64,000 bases of DNA from Takakia lepidozioides (taxonomy: Eukaryota; Plantae; Bryophyta): NCBI GenBank assembly GCA_030704615.1, contig CM060733.1, positions 19,034,001 to 19,098,000 on the forward strand, read 5' to 3'. Positions 1-11,454 of the stretch are shown here, piece by piece (position 1 is the first letter of the stretch; each line of letters opens with the position of its first letter). The position numbers and the translations under genes are program-made. The notes beneath the pieces are model-generated. The model ran no database searches. It was not told where the DNA came from and was given only the letters and a program-made list of their open reading frames with translations.

Positions 1-221
1 GCAGGGGTGGTCGCATTTTTTTCTTTTCTTAAACAGTTGCGACCACCGTTACTGGTGGTCGCACAATTTTTATTTTATTTGTAATAGGTGCGACCACCAT
101 AGGGGGGTGGTCCCAACATTTTTCTATTTTTTAATATCTGCGACCACCAGCATGGGGGTGGTCACAGTATTTTTTTGTTTTTTTAATAAGTGCGACCACC
201 AGCAGGGGGTGGGTGCAGCAA

Positions 222-255
<34 letters not shown>

Positions 256-440
256 TTAATAATATCTGCAACCACCAACATGGGGGTGGTCGCAACATTT
301 TTCTGTTTTTTTAATAGGTGCGACCACCAGCAGGGGGGTGGTCGCAGCAATTTTTTGTTTTTTAATATCTGCGACCACCAGCATGAGGATGGTCGCAACA
401 GTTTTTTTTATAAAAATAGCATGCGACTTCCTCGTGCGAC
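1..440. repeat. Array of palindromic TGCGACCACC-n5-8-GGTGGTCGCA hairpin units with T-rich spacers (about 60-bp period)
   Basis: About 7 units visible; includes a (TTA)n microsatellite near 223-255; an A-rich counterpart lies at 10735-11220. Confidence 0.85.
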
Positions 441-444
441 CTCA

Positions 445-1980
445 TCGAATGAGTTTTGATTGATCTGATATTAGTCTGGGACCTGTGAGAGGGTGTCTCA
501 AACGTACTGGCAAAGTTTGGAAGCAAACAAAAATGATTTGGATGGGCAACCATCCGTTCACCCATTCACTGTATTCTGTTGGACGTGCTATTAGTTTGGG
601 ACCTGTTGGACTGCGTTTCGGGTGCTCATGTTTTTTTTTTCCATTCAGTTTTTGAATGGGGCGTGTAATGACTCCATATGCAACGTGCGTGCCAAATTTG
701 GGAGCGATCAAAATTCATCTGGACCCAAAACCACAGTTTCTTGCCCGTTTTGCACTCCAAACTTTGATTTGTACTCTACTTCATGCACTCTTTATAGAAA
801 GTTTTGCAATAGTGAGCGAAGAGAACATTTTTTTTTGGGGCATTTTTGATCGGTCCAAATTTTGGCGGGGGAGTAGCATTGGGATGCTTGAAGCCGCAAA
901 ACAAAATTGAGCCAAAAACAAAATCGATGCGTACCAGAAACCCCCAATGAAAGGCAGTGCAAACTATTTATTGGCTTAAAAATTAATTTAAATTCAATTA
1001 CATTATGGAATGGCTTGGTGTCGATGGAGAGACAAATGATTTATTCGTCTATTGTGTCTCAGCACACATGTTCAAGCACATGCGGGCAAAATTGGGCTTC
1101 AACCACATCCGTTCATTGGGTGCAATAGCCGTGCACGTATTGCAGGGTTTCTTTTTCGCTATGAACAAAAACCAGATGACAACTGAACGCCTCATTGGCC
1201 CATCGAACGAATTTCGATTGATCTTATATTACACTGGGACTTATCAGAGGGCACATTGAACACACTGGCCAAGTCTCAAAGTGAACGAAAATCATTGGAT
1301 GGGCAACCATCCGTCGGCCCATTGAACGAATTTCGGTTGATCTCATATTACTCTGGGGCCTCTTCCATGGTACATTGAACATACTGGCCAAGTCTCAAAG
1401 CGAACCAAAATCATTTCGATGGCCAACCATCCGTTGAGCCATTGAATGAATTTCGATTGATCTGATATTAGTCCGGGACCTGTGAGAGGGTGTCTCAAAC
1501 GTACTCGCAAAGTTTGGAAGCAAACAAAAATGATTTGGATAGGCAACCATCCGTTCACCCATTGAATGTATTCTGTTGGATGTGCTATTACTTTGGGACC
1601 TGTTGGACTGCGTTTTGCGTGCTCATGTTTTTTTTTTTCATTCAGTTTTTAAATGGGGCGTGTAATGACTCCATATGCAACGTGCGTGCCAAATTTGGGA
1701 GCGATCAAAATTCATCTGGACCCAAAACCACAGTTTCTTGCCTGTTTTGCACTCCAAACTTGATTTGTGATCTATTTCATGCACTCTTTATAGAGAGTTC
1801 TGCAATAGTGAACGAAGAGAACATTGTTTTTTTGGGGCATTTTTTATCGGTCCAAATTTTGGCGGGGGAGTAGCATTGGGATGCTTGAAGCCGCAAAACA
1901 AAATTGAGCCAAAAACAAAATCGATACGTACCAGAAACCCCCAATGAAAGGCAGTGCAAACCTATTTATTGACTTAAAAA
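445..1980 (+). repeat. About 1-kb tandem repeat unit, about 1.5 copies
   Basis: 445-980 recurs at 1443-1980 (e.g. gattgatctgatattagtc.gggacctgtgagagg); internal sub-repeats of about 120 bp. Confidence 0.85.
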
Positions 1981-2306
1981 TGTACTTGGTAGATTTGTCA
2001 AGAGCAATAGAAGTTAGAACATAATGCGATGGCCCAACACTACGGCATCAATCCAAGTGGATCAATGCACCATGTAGTATTGTGCTTCTCGACAATTTGC
2101 TGCAGTGGCTCTGGTGGAAGTCACTACAACAAACAGTCCGCACCCTCCTCTTGGGTTTACACTCTTGCTCAAGGAATAGAGAACATTCACTTGCCACAAA
2201 ATTGTTTGCCACAAAAGAAGTGAGGGGCATTGGGACCACCTTATATACCCTCCAGCTTCCAAGCCTCACACGCTCGACGAATCAGAATCCGATGCTGCAA
2301 CCGTTC

Positions 2307-3547
2307 CGCTCAACGGATGGTTGGCCATTGAAATGATTTTGGTTCGTTTTGAGACTTGGCCAGTATGTTCAATGTACCATGGAAGAGGCCCCAGAGTAAT
2401 ATGAAATCAACCGAAATTCGTTCAATGGGCCGACGGATGGTTGCCCATCCAAATGATTTTCGTTCGCTTGGAGACTTGGCCAGTGTGTTCAATGTACCCT
2501 CTGATAGGTCCGTGTGTAATATGAGATCAATCGAAATTCATTCGATCAGCCAATGAGGTGTTCAGTTGTCATCTGGTTTTTGTTCATTGTGAAAAAGAAA
2601 TCCTGCAATACGTGCACGGCTATTGCACCCAATGAACGGATGTGGTTGAAGCCCAATTTTGCCCGCATGTGCTTGAACATGTGTGCTGAGACACAACAGA
2701 CGAATAAATCATTTTTGCCTCCCCATCGACACCAAGCCATTCCATAATGTAATTGAATTTAAATTAAATTTTAAGCCAATAAATAGGTTTGCACTGCCTT
2801 TCATTGGGGGTTTCTGGTACGTATCGATTTTGTTTTTGGCTCAATTTTGTTTTGCGGCTTCAAGCATCCCAATGCTACTCCCCCGCCAAAATTTGGACCG
2901 ATAAAAAATGCCCCAAAAAAAAAAATGTTCTCTTCGCTCACTATTGCAGAACTCTCTACGAAGAGTGCATGAAGCAAAGCACAAATCAAGTTTGGAGTAC
3001 AAAACGGGCAAGAAACTATGGTTTTGGGTCCAAATGAATTTTGATCGCTCCCAAATTTGGCACGCACGTTGCATATGGAGTCATTACACGCCCCACTAAA
3101 AAATAGAATTAAAAAAAAAACATGAGCACGCGAAACGCAGTCTAACAGGTCCTAAAGTAATAGCACATCCAACATAATACAGTCAATGGGTGAACGGATG
3201 GTTGCCTATCCAAATCATTTTTGTTTGCTTTTAAACTTTGCCAGTACGTTTTAGACACCCTTTCACAGATCCCGGACTAATATCAGATCAATCGAAATTC
3301 ATTCAATGGCTCAACGGATGGTTGGCCATCGAAATGATTTTGGTTCGCTTTGAGACTTGGCCAGTATGTTCAATGTACCATGGAAGAGGCCCCAGAGTAA
3401 TATGAGATCAACCGAAATTTGTTCAATGGGCCGACGGATGGTTGCCCATCCAAATGATTTTCGTTCACTTTGAGACTTGGCCAGTGTGTTCAATGTACCC
3501 TCTGATAGGTCACAGTGTAATATGAGATCAATCGAAATTCGTTCGAC
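2307..3547 (-). repeat. Inverted copy (about 1.25 units) of the 1-kb repeat
   Basis: Reverse complement of 445-1440; near-identical spurious ORFs appear on opposite strands (e.g. 907+/2789+/2841-). Confidence 0.85.
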
Positions 3548-3559
3548 GGGGCAAAGTTT

Positions 3560-4520
3560 AAAATGAATCCAAAATCATTTGGGAGGGGAATGATTGGTTC
3601 ACCCATAGCCAATTTCAAGGGCTGGACTTGCAATTTGAGGGGCTGAAACCGCCATTCCATGGGCTTCAGTTGCCAATTTCAGGGGCTGCACTAGCAATTG
3701 CCATTTCTCAGGCTACAGTTGCAATTTGAGGGGCGGGAATTGCCATTTCAGGGGCTAGAGGTGCAATTTAAGGGGTTGGAATTAAATTTCAGGGGCTTCA
3801 ATTGCAATTTGAGGGGTTGGAATTGACAATTTCAAGGGCTCAAATTACAATTTGAGGGGCAGCCGGGGTTGGTCATTTTAGGGATTGGCATTACCAATTT
3901 TAAGGGCTTGAATTGCATTTTGAATTGTAATTCAAGGGTTACAATGGGCCATTGGGGGGCTAGAATTACCAAAGCAATGACATCCAAAGCAATATAAAAT
4001 CATTTGATAGCGGAATGATTGGTTCACCCTTTCACCATTTCAGGACACTTGCAAAGCTTTTCATTTGATTCACGTCATACTTGTCCGGTACTTGTAAGGG
4101 CATGTGGACATTGCAAAGCTTCAAAGCAATGTAAAATCATTTGATAGGGGAACAATTGGTTCACCCTTTCAACCATATTTTACTGACCTCATACTTGTCC
4201 GGTACCTTTAAAATGGCATGTGAAAGACATTTGCAAAGCTTTAAAGCACTCCAAAATCATTTTGATATGTTCATGATTGATTCACCATTTCAACCATTTT
4301 AGATTGACTTGAAACTTGTGAAAGACCCTATAAGAGGGCATGTACAAGACACTTGCAAAGTTTCAAATCAATTTAAAATCATTTGGTAGGGGGACGATTG
4401 GTTCATCCTTTAAACCATTTTAGATTGATGTCATACTTATCAACATGTAGAAGACACTTGCAAAGTTTCGGAGCAATAAAATATCATTTCATCGGGGAAG
4501 TTTCCGTTCACCCTTTCATC
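3560..4520. repeat. Degenerate tandem repeats (about 20-bp TGCAATTTGAGGGGCT units, then about 120-bp AAAATCATTTG...TTGGTTCACCC units)
   Basis: Motifs recur directly; the same 120-bp family resumes at about 8500-8720 after the retroelement insertion. Confidence 0.7.
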
Positions 4521-5937
4521 CAGTTTTGAATTGAACTGGAGTTTTACTAAATAAAATGATTTAGAGGGCATAGGATTGATTTTGTTTTTGGCTTGATTTT
4601 GTTCTGTGAGTTGAACCCTCACACCACCAGATCCTTGCCAAAAAATGTATGTCAACTTATTTTACGACTAGTGTGAAGTTAGCTAGGAAATAGCTAGCTT
4701 TTATATATTGATATTTGGGATTGAGCCAAGTGTCAATCCAGGGGCCAATACATGTTTGGGCACTTGACGTTGTTATCTTCACGGCAGATCGCGGTGGGCT
4801 CATCTTTCTCGAGTTGAGCCTCACCGTATCTAGCTATGGCGCTGTAGTGTGGATTCCCCATGGCGTGGGGTGCACTTGGCTCGACTTAATATATGAGTGA
4901 TGTTTTCATGTGCGAGTGTGTGAGTTTGAGAGAGCTTGTATGCTTGTATCATTCATTTTCCTTATCACTCGAGAAAGATGAGCTCGAGTCTGTGAGTGTT
5001 AGGTTCGAGTTAGTTGTAGCACTTGTGTTTTCAGATCATGAGAAGCGGTTCAGCTTAGAGTGCAGGGAGCCGTGCATGAGCCTATCCAAAGCGGATAGAG
5101 TGCAAAGGCGAACAGGTTGCAGGTTTGCCATGGATAGAGAGGCGGGTAGCCTATGTTGAAGAGCGGCGTTGCATAGCTCAACGCTATGGCAACCAAGTTT
5201 GGGCTTCTAGTGTGAAGCGGATGAGATGCTGGCCACGAGTGGGCGAACTGGTGATCGTCTTCTTCAGCTGTAGGCCAAGTTAAGGAGCTGCTGAAATGTG
5301 GGCTGCGCATGGGAAGTTAGCATGTTGCAGGTTGGAGATGATATGATCAGCTCCAGGTATCTGCCCGAAACGAGTTGTTGCGGGTAGATGAGGAGCAGCC
5401 GAATGGCGGAGCTGCGAGGGGATGCATCGCAGCCTGTAGGGAGCTGCAGCTCCAAGCTCATGAAGAGGTATGAGTGAAGAGAGGGGGCTGGTCCCTCTTG
5501 TGTGCAAATCAGTGCACTTGTGAAGTATTGCTTGAGTCTCAGAGTTGCTTGAGGAGTAGTGGCGGTTGGAGCCACAGAAGGCCGCGAACAGTTAGAGTGA
5601 AAAAAAAACAACGGTTTTGAGCTAGCTGATCCGGCAGAAAAGTCGGAATTGCCTCCCTGTTGCGTTTTAACAAAGGGGATTACTTCCCTGCAGGTAATCT
5701 TTTCGGGTTTTCAGCCCAATTCTTAATTATGGGGAAGACCAGCCTGCAGGTAATTCTTTTGGACAGAATGTTGTTGGGGCCTATATGTACCTCTATTTGC
5801 GAATGGTGTGGTTTCCTGAGGTGGTTCCATTTGGAGGAATGGCTGTTGGACGTAAGGAGGCACTGGCGGACCCTGTGGAGGCTTGCATGGGGCCTTGGAG
5901 GCCAAATTTCATGAGCTCGTGGAGGGCGGTTTGAGGA

Positions 5938-7422
5938 GTGTCTACAAGATGCTCTCATGGTCATGCAAGTGAGAGAAGAGAGGAAAAAAGAGGGTGTTGG
6001 GATGAGAGCATTGTGATAGACGCGGTCTCGTACGATGTCCTTGTTGGTGGGGCAGTGTTGTACCCCATGGGCTTCACCCTGGATTTCTGGGAGGAGTCAG
6101 CTTCCTATAGGCCTGGATGGCAGTCAGGGGAGGGCCGGCGTGTGCAGCTCCCTGTGACGTTCATAGGAGGAGTTGCGGTTGCCCAGCGAGGCAAGATGCC
6201 AACACTGGCAGCATTCACAGCTGCAGTGACTTGGCCTGGAGAGTTGTTGGATGACAACACTCATTCAGAGGATGTATTACCTCCGGGAGAGCAGGATGAC
6301 ATGTATGGTATGGCGGAGTTGCCTGCCATGGTTGCTCACACTCCATTGTGGGGCTCGAGCAAGGATTTGCAACGGGTTGCTGATTGTCGTGTGCAACAAG
6401 CCCGAGTAGAGGCTTTTGTACCATCAGGAGAGGAGGACAATGCGGGGATTGCACTAGGTCCACCTCAATTGTTACCATTGGACACCACACCGATCATGTG
6501 GCAGTGTCCGGATGAAGGCATTTGCCTTCTGGACTTGTTTGGCGGGATCAGCACCGGATTGGCTGCTGTACGGGTACGACGTTACCTGTATGTGGAGAGG
6601 GATGAGACTGCACGACGTGTCTCCCTACGCCATGTTGCTCAGTTGGTGCAGCAGTACCCTGAGTTGTTGCCGGTGTCTGCGGTTCGTGGATATCAGCAGG
6701 CCTTGCCAGCAGACATTTCGTTGCTGGGGGCGCAGGATTTGGAGCGGGTTGGCTTCATTGATTTGGTAGTGGCAGGTTGGCCCTGCCAAGGGCATTCATC
6801 AGCCGGGCATGGCAATGGATTGCGAGACTTGAGGTCGGGTCTGCTTTGGGAGATGGTGCGGGTTTTACGCTACTTACAGCTTCATCAAGTTGTATCTCCA
6901 GCATACATCTTGGAGAATGTGCCACTGATGGGCAATTCTTGGGCCAGGGTGATGGCCAATGTGCATCAAGTCCAGTTATGGCTTGGGTCAGCAGTGTTGC
7001 TGGATGCAGCTGCAGTGGGGTCACGGGCTCATCGTCCACGGTTATGGTGGACTAACTTGATGCCACCCGCACTGCTTAAGCGTGCATTTGATGGGGTGCA
7101 GCGGCCAGCACACCTCACAGTGGATAGCATTTTGGACACAGGGAGGCAGTCTCAGTGTGTGAGATACAACGACCGTTCACCTTTGGCAGTGGTCAACAAG
7201 ATGGGTCGACCACGAGCAGCACTACCTACACTGCTCAGCTTCCCAGGATCGCATGCTTTCCGGGATAGCGGACCTGGCCTCCTGTGGGATGCTCAGTTGC
7301 AGCAGTTAGTGGAGCCTAATGCCAACGAGCCTAATGGCGGGCTATGGGTTTTTCCACTGGGACCTAATGCCGACGAGCCTAATGCCGACGAGCTCGTGGT
7401 GCCGCCACATGCTGGTGTGTGA
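5938..7422 (+). CDS. Retroelement-encoded C5 cytosine DNA methyltransferase ORF, C-terminally truncated, with protease C-terminal remnant
   Basis: Motif I LDLFGG, motif IV GWPCQ, motif VI ENV, motif VIII RAHRPRLWW; motif IX scrambled and motif X lost; closely similar to 43250-44600. Confidence 0.85.
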   Translation: MSTRCSHGHASERREEKRGCWDESIVIDAVSYDVLVGGAVLYPMGFTLDFWEESASYRPGWQSGEGRRVQLPVTFIGGVAVAQRGKMPTLAAFTAAVTWPGELLDDNTHSEDVLPPGEQDDMYGMAELPAMVAHTPLWGSSKDLQRVADCRVQQARVEAFVPSGEEDNAGIALGPPQLLPLDTTPIMWQCPDEGICLLDLFGGISTGLAAVRVRRYLYVERDETARRVSLRHVAQLVQQYPELLPVSAVRGYQQALPADISLLGAQDLERVGFIDLVVAGWPCQGHSSAGHGNGLRDLRSGLLWEMVRVLRYLQLHQVVSPAYILENVPLMGNSWARVMANVHQVQLWLGSAVLLDAAAVGSRAHRPRLWWTNLMPPALLKRAFDGVQRPAHLTVDSILDTGRQSQCVRYNDRSPLAVVNKMGRPRAALPTLLSFPGSHAFRDSGPGLLWDAQLQQLVEPNANEPNGGLWVFPLGPNADEPNADELVVPPHAGV

Positions 7423-7516
7423 TCGATGCTCAAGAGGTTGGCACATGAGATGCTTGACACCATCTCTTGAGAGGGTTCCTGATGGAGATTGGTTATGTCC
7501 ACACTGCTTGGGATAG
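7407..7516 (+). pseudogene. PHD finger C-terminal half (retroelement tail)
   Basis: MLVCDRCSRGWHMRCLTPSLERVPDGDWLCPHC; matches 48018-48125. Confidence 0.8.
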
Positions 7517-7786
7517 TGGCAGTGGATATGACTAGTGGCAGCTCACAAGACATGGGAGGCCAAGCTCATATGAGTCAATATCCAAGTTCTCAGGCTCAAG
7601 TTCACAGGTTGCAAGATGGCGACTAACGATGGGGCAACTCTTGTACCCGGCCTCTTGATTCATTGAGTTTGAGTGTAGTAGGGACAATGGTGGAGGACCT
7701 AGTGAGGCTATGGCCACTATCACATCTTGTGGCTACCTGGACTTAGAGGGACCTAAGTGCCAGCTAGGGGGGCGATTGTGATGGAC

Positions 7787-8070
7787 TAGTGGCAGCCTAG
7801 TGATGGACTAATGGCTGCACTAGTGGTGGCTAATGGCAGCCTAGTGGTGGACTAGTGGCTACACTAGTGGTGGATAGTGACAGCCTAGTGGTTGGACTAG
7901 TGGCTGCACTAGTGGTGGCTAGTGGCAGCCTAGTGGTTGGACTAGTGGCTGCACTAGTGGTGGCTACTGGCAGCCTAGTGTTGGACTAGTGGCTGCACTA
8001 GTGGTGGACTAGTGGTTGCACTAGTGGCAGGACTAGTGGTGCACTAGTGGTGGACTAGTGATAGACTAGT
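7787..8070 (+). repeat. CTAGTGG-based minisatellite inside the element's B terminus
   Basis: More than 20 CTAGTGG/CTAATGG cores in 10-11-bp units. Confidence 0.9.
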
Positions 8071-8883
8071 GTTTGGTGTGCACATGTGTTGTGTGGTTTT
8101 GGACAGCGATGTAGTTGTGTAGCAATATGTATGTGCACAACATGTACCAAAGAAAAATGTTTGGAAAAAAACGTTCATCCTTTGCTCTATGCTCACTATT
8201 GCAGAACTCTCTATGAAGAGTGCATGAAGTTGAAGATAACTTCACCTTGGAGTACAAATGATGGAATAAAATGTGTTTTGGATGTAGACGATGTCTGTTC
8301 ATGGTGATATTTTGCATGCAACTCTTCATGTTGTTATCAAGCATATGGCTTCAGAATGGAATGAAAAACAATTCATGTGTAGGCGAAAGGTTGTTTCTCC
8401 TTATGAATTTGAATAACCCATTCAAACAACTTTGTTGAAGTTCAATTTTGATTACATGTGCTTAAGTACGTACAAATCACGTACACAAAGTTGCAAAGCG
8501 AAGAAATAATCATTTGCCCCCCGAACGACTCGTTAAACCTTTCAACCAATTTTCAATCATGAATCATTTAATAGGGGAACTATTGGTTCACCCTTAGAAC
8601 CATTTTAGATTGACCTCATACTTGTCCGGTAACTTAAAGAGAGCATGTACAAGACACTTCCAAAGTTTCAAATCAATCTAAAATCATTTGGCAGGGAAAC
8701 GATTGGTTCACCCATTGACCCGGTGTACACTGTCACTCTTCAAGATTCGTGGGTGTGGTGCTTGATTATCCCATATGATGGACCCAGGTGCCATGGCCAA
8801 GTAACAAACCATTAAAACATTATGGTACGAGACAAACACAATTGAAAACAACATTTATTCAAACATGATGTACAGTAAGAGGT

Positions 8884-10380
8884 CTACAAGTTTCTATCCA
8901 TCCTCCAACAATTTTTGGGCTCAGGCCAATTGAATAGCCCCGTCATGAAACGCTTCACAATATCTTCTAGTTTGTACCGCAACTCTACTGTGTCTACACA
9001 CAAGTTTTCCAGAGCCGAAACAAAACAAGTTCCAATAGACATATCGTTGAACAGGCTTGCATCGAACGTATTACCCCCATTTATTGCCTGGGCTATCTTC
9101 CCAATTGCAAAGGTCTTTGATGGCACGGTTAGAGGGGGCCTACAAGGTGTGCCATCTGACTGGTTGTTGGCTACATTATAAACAATTGCAATTTCAGGTG
9201 CAATCCACCATCTATGTGCGAGAGTCTTTATCATCTTGTCTCTGCTCTCGAAAATGTACAACGTGATTTTTGGGTCATCCGTCGTGGAGGCCATCCCCCA
9301 ATCGCATACCCCGATGTACACATCTTCAGACCCTTGTGGAAATGCAACAAGATGTTGTCGGGGGACATGTCGTTGTGCAAGAGGTGGTGATTATGGACGT
9401 TGAGCACGATGTGCAAAAGCGCCCATGCCAATTGGGTGCGATTCTGTCGGAATCGAACCAGTCAGTTGGCCTCCTGCATTTCTTGCTCCGTCCCCCGTCG
9501 TTCCATTAACTCCCTGTTATCCCGATCATTCCCCCATTTCCTGTCAATACTCAACCATGATCGTATGGTCCCCCCATTCCACCAATGTGTGTAACCTTCA
9601 TTTCGACGTGGATGCAATGCAAAAGACTTTATAATGCCAAAATGATGGAACTTTATAGCCAACGCCTCATTGTTATGTTGGACTTTGGCAAGCTCAACAT
9701 TTGTTTCCCTGGGCGTTTTCCCTGCTAGCTCCCAAGATGGAGGAATGAATTGATCCCCACCCTCCGAATTGTACCATACCCTCTCTGTTTGGGCGCGTCG
9801 AGTTGTTGTACCTGTGCGTTTGTGGATATGTATCTCACGTTCAATGCCGCATCCGCGGACGAGGACCCTGCCTTCCATGGGAGTGGTTTCGTACGTCGTT
9901 TGGCGTGGACCTTTGCCATGGCAGACCACCAATCCACAAGCACAAACAACTCCTCCTCCGAAGTTGGCATGCGACCTTCAGTTACACGTGTTCTCGTAAC
10001 AAACTTGTCCATAGTTTGCCTCAAATTCCATGTGGCATCATGGGCCCGGTCCTCTATCCATTTCGTGAACTGGAACTTTGCCCTGTCCTCCTCCCATTCA
10101 TCCCCGGCCAAAGCCTCCCTCACTCTCATCTCCATATTGTGCTGGAATCTAAAGAACCCCTCATTCCCATGTCGGACATACAAAAGATTCAAACGCATTA
10201 TGTCATTATCCTTCAAATAATCCAGCACTAGCTTCACCACCTTTCGCGGCCTCTGCGCTTGGATAGTCTTTTTTGTTGACATGACTATCCCGTTCATGTG
10301 CATGTTTACACTTCCTACCTTTACGCCCACTTCCCGAGGAACCCCTTGACACTGCGTTCGAAGCAACGTTTCCGGACATG
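8884..10380 (-). pseudogene. Intronless protein kinase-like pseudogene with N-terminal extension
   Basis: Across frameshifted ORFs: RGYGTI (Gly loop), LAGK, NEAL (alpha-C Glu), HNDMSPDNILL (catalytic loop), DWG, WIAPE; TATATAA on the minus strand near 10670. Confidence 0.8.
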
Positions 10381-10734
10381 ATGAAAGTACTCTGTGGAAT
10401 AGACGCGGCTTTGTAACGAAAAACTAAACCCAAACTATTGATAACCTTATATACTAGCAGACTAATTTCCTCACCCTCTATTGGTATAGTACCCAAAGCA
10501 AACTCTCCCGCAGTCCCAGAAAAAAAAGAAAAAAACTCCTCCCCCACACAAATCCACTTTCTCCCCCCCCCACGCTCAGTCCTGGCCACCGAAGTTCAAA
10601 CTCCAAGAAGCCCCAGAACCGTACTCACAGAGAGGGAAAAAAGTGGGTTGGGAATGAGGGGTAGGCCCTTATATACTGCTGGAGAGGCCTGGCGCGCGAC
10701 CGCCTCTGCTGCCCATTCACGCCTCGCAAGGAGC

Positions 10735-11220
10735 GGTCGCACCTATGGGTGGTCGCAGCTATTAACAAAACAAAAAAATTGTTGTGATCCCCCCAAGCTG
10801 GTGGTTGCACCTTTTTAAAAACAAAAACAAAAATGTACGACCCCCCATAAGTGGTCGCACCTAATAACAAAAAAGAAAAAGTCTGCGACCACCACCGGCT
10901 GATGGTCGCACCCATTTAAAAAACAATTAAAAATGTGCGACTATCCCATGCTGGTGATCGTACCTATTTAAAAAAAATGAAAAAGTTGCGACCACCACCT
11001 GCTGGTGGTCGCACCCAATTAAAAAAAAAGAAAAAATGTGCGACCACCCTCTGCTTGTGGTCGCACCTATTAAAAAAATTGAAAATGCTGCGACCACTAC
11101 TTGCTGGTGGTCGCACCTATTTAAAAAATAAGAAAAAATGTGCGACCACCCCCTTCTGGTGGTTGCACCTATTTTCTTAAAAAAAAATGTCCGACCAACC
11201 TTTGTTGACGGTCGCATGAT
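10735..11220. repeat. Palindromic TGCGACCACC/GGTGGTCGCA hairpin array with A-rich spacers
   Basis: About 9 units; spacer polarity is inverted relative to 1-440. Confidence 0.85.
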
Positions 11221-11454
11221 TGACAATATAAATAATAATATATGAATTTTACAGATAAATAATGAAGTCCACGTAATGAGGCCGCATCGGTTGCCACGTC
11301 GGTTCTCATAGTAAATAAACAATAGTAAAATAAAAAAATAAACATATTTATGTACAGTAACGTCGGTTTAGGACGTGACGTGACGCACGTCTGTCGCTAA
11401 TGTTCGACATGACGCTGACGCATCAACGCCACGTCACGTCCAAATGTGCAACTA

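Larger units (their letters stand above)
4650..8142 (+). mobile_element. Internally deleted non-autonomous relative of the DNMT-bearing Gypsy-type retroelement
   Basis: Starts TGTCAAC (homolog of repeat A), ends GCACAACA (homolog of repeat B); 4-bp TSD TGTA at 4646-4649 and 8143-8146; PPT-like AGCTAGGGGGGCGAT at 7762-7776. Confidence 0.85.

Noticed and set aside
1-440. CRISPR-like look of palindromic repeats with spacers (also 10735-11220)
   Set aside because: Spacers are low-complexity A/T runs, repeats are degenerate, there are no cas genes and the context is eukaryotic
183-3493. Many short ORFs in the left repeats and in the MULE TIR minisatellites
   Set aside because: They are low-complexity translations of repeats, duplicated on both strands, with no domains
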